From Dehalococcoidia bacterium (lineage in GTDB: Bacteria; Chloroflexota; Dehalococcoidia; GIF9; DYGU01), in NCBI GenBank assembly GCA_042408205.1, contig JBHOQK010000011.1:6348-70347 (forward strand): 64,000 nucleotides of DNA. Direction: 5' to 3'. The notes beneath the pieces are model-generated. The model ran no database searches, had not been told where the DNA came from, and saw nothing but the letters and a program-made list of their open reading frames with translations. The position numbers and the translations under genes are program-made. Positions 59,415 through 64,000 of this stretch are shown here, piece after piece (the first letter of the stretch is position 1; every line of letters starts with the position of its first letter).

Positions 59415-60588
59415 GGACAAAGTAGCTATTGTTGGTATGGGCTGTTGTAAGTTTGGGGAAAACTGGGAGCAGAGTCCCGAAGATATGATAATAGAAGCTG
59501 CCTATGAAGCTTATGCTGATGCCGGGATTGAACCCAAAGATATTCAGGCAGCCTGGGTAGGAACAGTTAGTGCTCATTGGATAGGTATAGGAGGGTTATG
59601 CTTAGCCGAACCGTTAAAGCTTCCACGAATCCCAGTAACCCGAGTCGAAAATTATTGTGCTACTGGACATGAAGCTCTTAGAAATGCCGTTTTTGGTGTT
59701 GCCAGCGGTATGTATGATATTGTTTTAGCTTTAGGTTTTGAGAAACTGAAAGACACGGGTTTTCCAGGGCTGGGTGTAGGGAGAGGGATGCACCCAGTTT
59801 TGGAGATGCGGCGAACTGCTCCAGGTTCATTTGCTTTAATTGCTACCAGATATTTTTATACTTATGGTTTAAGCCCGAATGAGGGTAAAAGAATTTTGGC
59901 TAAGATTGCTGTTAAAAATCACTATAACGGGAGCTTGCATCCTAAGGCTCATCTACGACGGGAAGTAACTTTAGAACAAGTCTTAAACGCTCCCATTATT
60001 GCCTGGCCTTTAGGGCTGTTTGATTGTTGTGGGAATAGTGATGGCGCCGCAGCAGCGATATTAGTTCGGGGAGATATGGCAAAGAAGTTTCGCGATGACC
60101 CTGTTTATATAAAAGGAATAGGTCTATCCCAGAACCCCATGATGCCCCATTTTGAGCCTGGTTTTGATTGGACTGGTTTTGAGGTAAACCGAATTGCCAG
60201 CCGACAAGCGTATCAGCAAGCAGGGATAACTAAGCCACGGCAACAGCTGGATTTGGCTGAAGTTCATGATTGTTTTACTATTACTGAACTTGTAATATAT
60301 GAAGATTTTGGTTTTAGCCCAAAAGGAGCTGCCAAAGAGGATGTAGAAGCTGGAAGTTTTACCTTAAATGGTGAGTTGCCTGTTAACAGTGATGGAGGAT
60401 TAAAAGCTTTCGGACACCCTGTGGGTGCCAGTGGACTGAGGATGACTTATGAAGTCTATAAACAGCTCCAAGGAAAAGCCGAGCTACCTTCTCGTCAGTT
60501 AAAGAAAGCCGAATTGGGCTTGTCTCATACCTTAGGTGGCCATCCTCAAGTAAGTTGTGTGGCTATTTTTGGCATTAATCCGGGGTGA
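59401..60588 (+). CDS. SCP-x/archaeal-type thiolase, paralog of 1257-2447 with ~70% identity over the N-terminus.
   Basis: KVAIVGMGCCKFGE and GHPVGASGLRM are present. The gene overlaps the upstream gene by 14 nt. Confidence 0.8.
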   Translation: MESIKDKVAIVGMGCCKFGENWEQSPEDMIIEAAYEAYADAGIEPKDIQAAWVGTVSAHWIGIGGLCLAEPLKLPRIPVTRVENYCATGHEALRNAVFGVASGMYDIVLALGFEKLKDTGFPGLGVGRGMHPVLEMRRTAPGSFALIATRYFYTYGLSPNEGKRILAKIAVKNHYNGSLHPKAHLRREVTLEQVLNAPIIAWPLGLFDCCGNSDGAAAAILVRGDMAKKFRDDPVYIKGIGLSQNPMMPHFEPGFDWTGFEVNRIASRQAYQQAGITKPRQQLDLAEVHDCFTITELVIYEDFGFSPKGAAKEDVEAGSFTLNGELPVNSDGGLKAFGHPVGASGLRMTYEVYKQLQGKAELPSRQLKKAELGLSHTLGGHPQVSCVAIFGINPG

Positions 60589-60678
60589 GTTTACCTTTGT
60601 TCATTGTCTTTTAATCTGGGATATTGTATATTTTAATTTAATCGGAAAAGAGTTACTAATTTTTATTTTTGAGGTTAA

Positions 60679-61974
60679 ATGACACAACTTGAACTAGCAC
60701 GAAAGGGTATTATTTCACCTCAGATGAGACATGTCGCCCGAACTGAAAACCTTGATGTAGAGTTAATTCGGGAAGGCTTGGCTGAGGGGAAGATTGTTAT
60801 TCCTGCAAATATTAATCATATCGGTCTCACTCCTTGTGGAATAGGTAAAGGGCTGAGGACTAAAGTTAATGCCAATATTGGCACTTCCTCTGACTTTGCC
60901 ACTATTGAGGGTGAACTTGAGAAACTTAAGGTAGCTATCAGTTTTGGTGCCGATACCATCATGGATTTGAGTACTGGTGGTGATATACGAGCCATAAGGC
61001 AAGCAATCATTGCCAATTGCCCCTTACCTTTAGGCACGGTACCTATATACCAGGCTGGCATTGAGGCTATTGAAAAACATGGTGCCATAGTGAATATGAC
61101 TGTAGATGACCTCTTTGCTGTCATTGAAGAACAAGCCCGAGAAGGAGTTGACTTCATGACGGTTCATTGCGGGGTTACCCAAGCAACCCTTGAACGATTG
61201 CGGCACCAGCGAAGAGTCACCGATGTTGTCTCAAGAGGTGGTGCTTTTTTAATAGGATGGATGCTCCATAAAGAGCAAGAGAATCCCCTTTATCAGTATT
61301 ACGATCGATTATTAGATATAGCTCACCAATTTGATGTTACCTTGAGCCTTGGTGATGGCATGCGCCCGGGAAGTTTGGCTGATGCTACTGACCGGGTTCA
61401 AGTAGAAGAGTTAATTATTTTGGGTGAGCTGGTAGAACGAGCGTGGCAAGCTGGTGTCCAAGTGATAGTAGAAGGTCCCGGGCATTTACCTTTAGACCAG
61501 ATAACAACTAACGTTCGTTTACAGAAGAGTTTATGCCGAGGGGCTCCTTTTTATGTTTTAGGTCCCCTGGTAACCGATATTGGTGCTGGCTATGATCATA
61601 TTACCAGTGCTATTGGCGGTGCTATTGCTGCGGCAGCCGGTGCCGATTTTTTATGTTACGTGACTCCGGCTGAGCATCTCTCTTTGCCTGATGCAGAAGA
61701 TGTGAAGATGGGTGTAATTGCCTCTCGCATTGCTGCCCATGCTGCCGATATTGTTAAGGGTATCAAGGGAGCTTGGGAATGGGATAAAAACATGTCTTTA
61801 GCCCGGAAGCGACTTGATTGGGAAAGTCAAGCTAAATTATCTTTAGATCCAGAGAGGGTACGTCAAATTCATGACAAATATGCTACCAAAGGACCTGCCT
61901 GCAGTATGTGTGGTAAATACTGCGCCATGGCGTTAGTAGAAAAATATTTAGGAATTTCAGCAATTCGCTGTTAA
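60679..61974 (+). CDS. thiC: Phosphomethylpyrimidine synthase.
   Basis: Radical-SAM ThiC hallmarks are present ([10 protein letters not shown], the C-terminal CSMCGKYC cluster motif). The protein is 431 aa. Confidence 0.9.
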   Translation: MTQLELARKGIISPQMRHVARTENLDVELIREGLAEGKIVIPANINHIGLTPCGIGKGLRTKVNANIGTSSDFATIEGELEKLKVAISFGADTIMDLSTGGDIRAIRQAIIANCPLPLGTVPIYQAGIEAIEKHGAIVNMTVDDLFAVIEEQAREGVDFMTVHCGVTQATLERLRHQRRVTDVVSRGGAFLIGWMLHKEQENPLYQYYDRLLDIAHQFDVTLSLGDGMRPGSLADATDRVQVEELIILGELVERAWQAGVQVIVEGPGHLPLDQITTNVRLQKSLCRGAPFYVLGPLVTDIGAGYDHITSAIGGAIAAAAGADFLCYVTPAEHLSLPDAEDVKMGVIASRIAAHAADIVKGIKGAWEWDKNMSLARKRLDWESQAKLSLDPERVRQIHDKYATKGPACSMCGKYCAMALVEKYLGISAIRC

Positions 61975-61985
61975 TGATAGGATAA

Positions 61986-63227
61986 GTGAAGGCTGAGATA
62001 ATTTCTGTCGGTACTGAACTTCTGCTCGGAGAAATAATTGATACTAATGCCCCTTTTCTTGCCAGCCAGCTACCTTTGCTTGGAATTGACCTATATTTTA
62101 TTTCTGCAGTCGGGGATAATCAGGGGCGATTGGTTAGTGCCTTAAGGCAAGCCTGGGAACGTTCTGACATTATTATTACTACAGGTGGCTTAGGACCGAC
62201 TCAAGATGATATTACTCGGGAAGCTATTGCCGAATTACTTGGTGAAGAGCTTAGGATAAACACAACTTTAGTGGAGGAACTAAAGTCTTTCTTTGCTCAT
62301 CGGGGTTTAGAAATGCCATTAAGTAACATAAAACAAGCTGCCGTCATTCCCTCAGCCCAAATAATTCCTAACTCCCGAGGTACAGCACCTGGCTGGTGGG
62401 TAGAGAAAGAAGGGCGAACTCTTATTGCTTTACCGGGTCCACCAGGAGAAATGCAATCAATGTGGGAAAGAGAAGTTTTTCCTAAACTACAACAGAAAAG
62501 TAAAGCTGTCATCCTTTCCCGAACAGTGAAAACTTTTGGTTTGCCTGAAGCTAAAGTAGATGAACTGGTAAGTCCTTTTCTTTCTTCAATGGATCCGACT
62601 TTAGCTACTTATGCCAAACCCAATGGTATTCATCTACGAATTACGACTAAAGCGAAGGAAATAGAAGAAGCTAAACAAAAACTTGACTCCAGAGAGGCTG
62701 ATATTCGAGCTATTTTAAAGGATTATATATGGGGCGTGGACTCTGAAACTTTAGAAACCGTGATTGGTAATTTACTTATCACTAAGAAATTAAGTTTAGC
62801 CACTGTTGAATTTGGCACTGGTGGCTTTTTAGCTAACCTTATTACTAATGCCCCAGGAAGTTCAGATTATTTCAAAGGTGGTTTAGTAACTCCTTCCAAG
62901 GAGGCGCTGATAGCTTTTGGAATTGATAATAATCTTTTGGCTCAATATGGGGTAGTTAGTCCCGAAGTAACCCGAGCTATGGCGATGGAAGTCCGGCAAA
63001 AATTTGGAGCCCATATTGGCTTAGCTATAAGCGGCATTACTTTAAGCGATGAGAAGACTAAGCCAACAGGTAGTATGTTTATTGGCATTAATGATGGTAA
63101 AAAGGAAGATTTTGTCCAAAGTTACTCTGGGCTTCTGCTCCATTTAAAACCAAGGGCGGCTTTTATGGCTCTTTTTGAGCTGAGAAAATTTTTAATGAAA
63201 GGAAACGAAGATGCATTTAATTATTGA
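61986..63227 (+). CDS. cinA: CinA-family protein (competence/damage-inducible protein, NMN amidohydrolase domain).
   Basis: The N-terminal MocF-like AEIISVGTELLLGEIIDTN and the C-terminal CinA domain are present. The start is GTG. Confidence 0.85.
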   Translation: MKAEIISVGTELLLGEIIDTNAPFLASQLPLLGIDLYFISAVGDNQGRLVSALRQAWERSDIIITTGGLGPTQDDITREAIAELLGEELRINTTLVEELKSFFAHRGLEMPLSNIKQAAVIPSAQIIPNSRGTAPGWWVEKEGRTLIALPGPPGEMQSMWEREVFPKLQQKSKAVILSRTVKTFGLPEAKVDELVSPFLSSMDPTLATYAKPNGIHLRITTKAKEIEEAKQKLDSREADIRAILKDYIWGVDSETLETVIGNLLITKKLSLATVEFGTGGFLANLITNAPGSSDYFKGGLVTPSKEALIAFGIDNNLLAQYGVVSPEVTRAMAMEVRQKFGAHIGLAISGITLSDEKTKPTGSMFIGINDGKKEDFVQSYSGLLLHLKPRAAFMALFELRKFLMKGNEDAFNY

Positions 63228-63609
63228 TGGCTACAGCGATGAACCACAAATTATGCAGGATGAAGAATTCCTGTATCAACTTCTTGATTCTTACCCTTCC
63301 AAAATTGGGATGAGCAAGATTTGTTCACCTTTCGTTTTCCGATATGTTGGGTCTCATCCCGAAGATTGGGGAATCTCCGGTTTTGTGCTTATTGCTGAAA
63401 GTCACATTAGTATTCATACCTTTGTTGAACGCAGCTACATTAATATTGATATCTTCTCCTGCCGAGATTTTGATGCTCAGCAAGTAATTAATGATTTGAA
63501 AGAAAAGTTCCGGCTAACGAAATTTAGAAGTTATCTAATAGATAGAGAATGGTCAGTTCCTTGCCCGATTATCCCGTATAAAGTAGAACTTTATCTTGAT
63601 GAAAAGTGA
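63211..63609 (+). CDS. speD: S-adenosylmethionine decarboxylase proenzyme (small archaeal/bacterial SpeH type).
   Basis: The self-processing site IAESHISIHT (Glu-Ser) is present. The protein is 132 aa. Confidence 0.8.
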   Translation: MHLIIDGYSDEPQIMQDEEFLYQLLDSYPSKIGMSKICSPFVFRYVGSHPEDWGISGFVLIAESHISIHTFVERSYINIDIFSCRDFDAQQVINDLKEKFRLTKFRSYLIDREWSVPCPIIPYKVELYLDEK

Positions 63610-64000
63610 AGAATTTTTCTTACCATACCGAAGTTTTGGAGGTCTTTCTCTTCCTTATACAGATAGACAAAAAGCCCAGGTATTAATTCTACCAGTACCT
63701 TACGATGGTACTACAGAATGGCGCAGTGGCGCTCGAGATGGTCCCCGAGCAATTATTGATGCTTCTCAATATTTAGAGCTTTATGATTTAGAGTTGGGTC
63801 AAGAAACCCATAAAATAGGGATTTATACTTTCCCAGAAGTCCAACCGTTGGTGAGCGGACCTGAAGCAATGATTGAGCGAGTTTACCAAATAGGTAAAGA
63901 GTTAATCACCGAAGGAAAATTGATTGTAATGTTAGGGGGTGAACATTCCCTTACCCTGGGAATGGTTAAAGCTTATTTAGACAAATTTCCTAACTTGTGC
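63599..64000 (+). CDS. speB: Agmatinase/arginase-family enzyme, 3'-truncated by the window edge.
   Basis: The sequence MKSEEFFLPYRSFGGL...LILPVPYDGTTEWRSGARDGPRAIIDAS fits the ureohydrolase N-terminus. The frame is open to the end of the window. Confidence 0.7.
   Translation, partial: MKSEEFFLPYRSFGGLSLPYTDRQKAQVLILPVPYDGTTEWRSGARDGPRAIIDASQYLELYDLELGQETHKIGIYTFPEVQPLVSGPEAMIERVYQIGKELITEGKLIVMLGGEHSLTLGMVKAYLDKFPNLC

Noticed and set aside
60589-60678. TPP riboswitch upstream of thiC.
   Set aside because: No CUGAGA or pyrimidine-sensing helix consensus could be found by eye. This is recorded as an absence; see the finding for the decisive scan.
1-64000. CRISPR arrays, tRNA/rRNA genes, transposases and integrases.
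   Set aside because: No spacer-repeat periodicity, tRNA-like cloverleaf candidates or transposase/integrase motifs were seen on manual reading. Intergenic space is minimal, and only short hairpins and the rsmG remnant were found.

Overview
This is a compact, gene-dense bacterial window with about 63 genes and no rRNA, tRNA, CRISPR arrays or obvious transposases. Positions 1-31.7 kb form a catabolic island that looks like anaerobic aromatic or aryl-acid degradation. From the left it contains a 5'-truncated archaeal-type HMG-CoA-synthase::DUF35 fusion plus SCP-x-type thiolase, then indolepyruvate:ferredoxin oxidoreductase iorAB. Next comes a Liv-type ABC uptake system with an embedded acyl-CoA ligase, followed by a D-2-hydroxyacid dehydrogenase, a family-III CoA-transferase and an SDR. 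On the minus strand sits a paaX-led operon that matches class II (tungsten, ATP-independent) benzoyl-CoA reductase BamB-C-D-E-F in both order and protein sizes. That operon has an FdhD-like sulfurtransferase inserted between BamD and BamE and ends with a NuoG-N-terminal-like ferredoxin instead of BamGHI. Divergent from it is an operon of two thiolases, two DUF35 proteins, a catalytically complete FabF-like condensing enzyme and an acyl-CoA dehydrogenase. Positions 31.7-57.7 kb are mostly housekeeping: acetoacetyl-CoA synthetase, uvrA, a lipoprotein serpin, an H+-pyrophosphatase, thiE, an ADP-forming acyl-CoA synthetase alpha subunit, rnhB, mnmA, tmk and pdxST, among others. This stretch also contains oddities: an overlapping translin-like gene and tandem degenerate-HNH zinc-finger gene, and two tandem FmdB-like zinc-ribbon genes overlapping an N-terminally extended thiE. 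At 57.98-60.6 kb a second paralogous HMGCS::DUF35 plus thiolase module occurs. It is separated from intact rsmG by a decayed ~120-bp duplicate of the rsmG 5' end, which looks like a rearrangement scar. The window ends with thiC, cinA, speD and a partial speB. All product calls rest on motif and family recognition from the translated ORFs; no searches were run.
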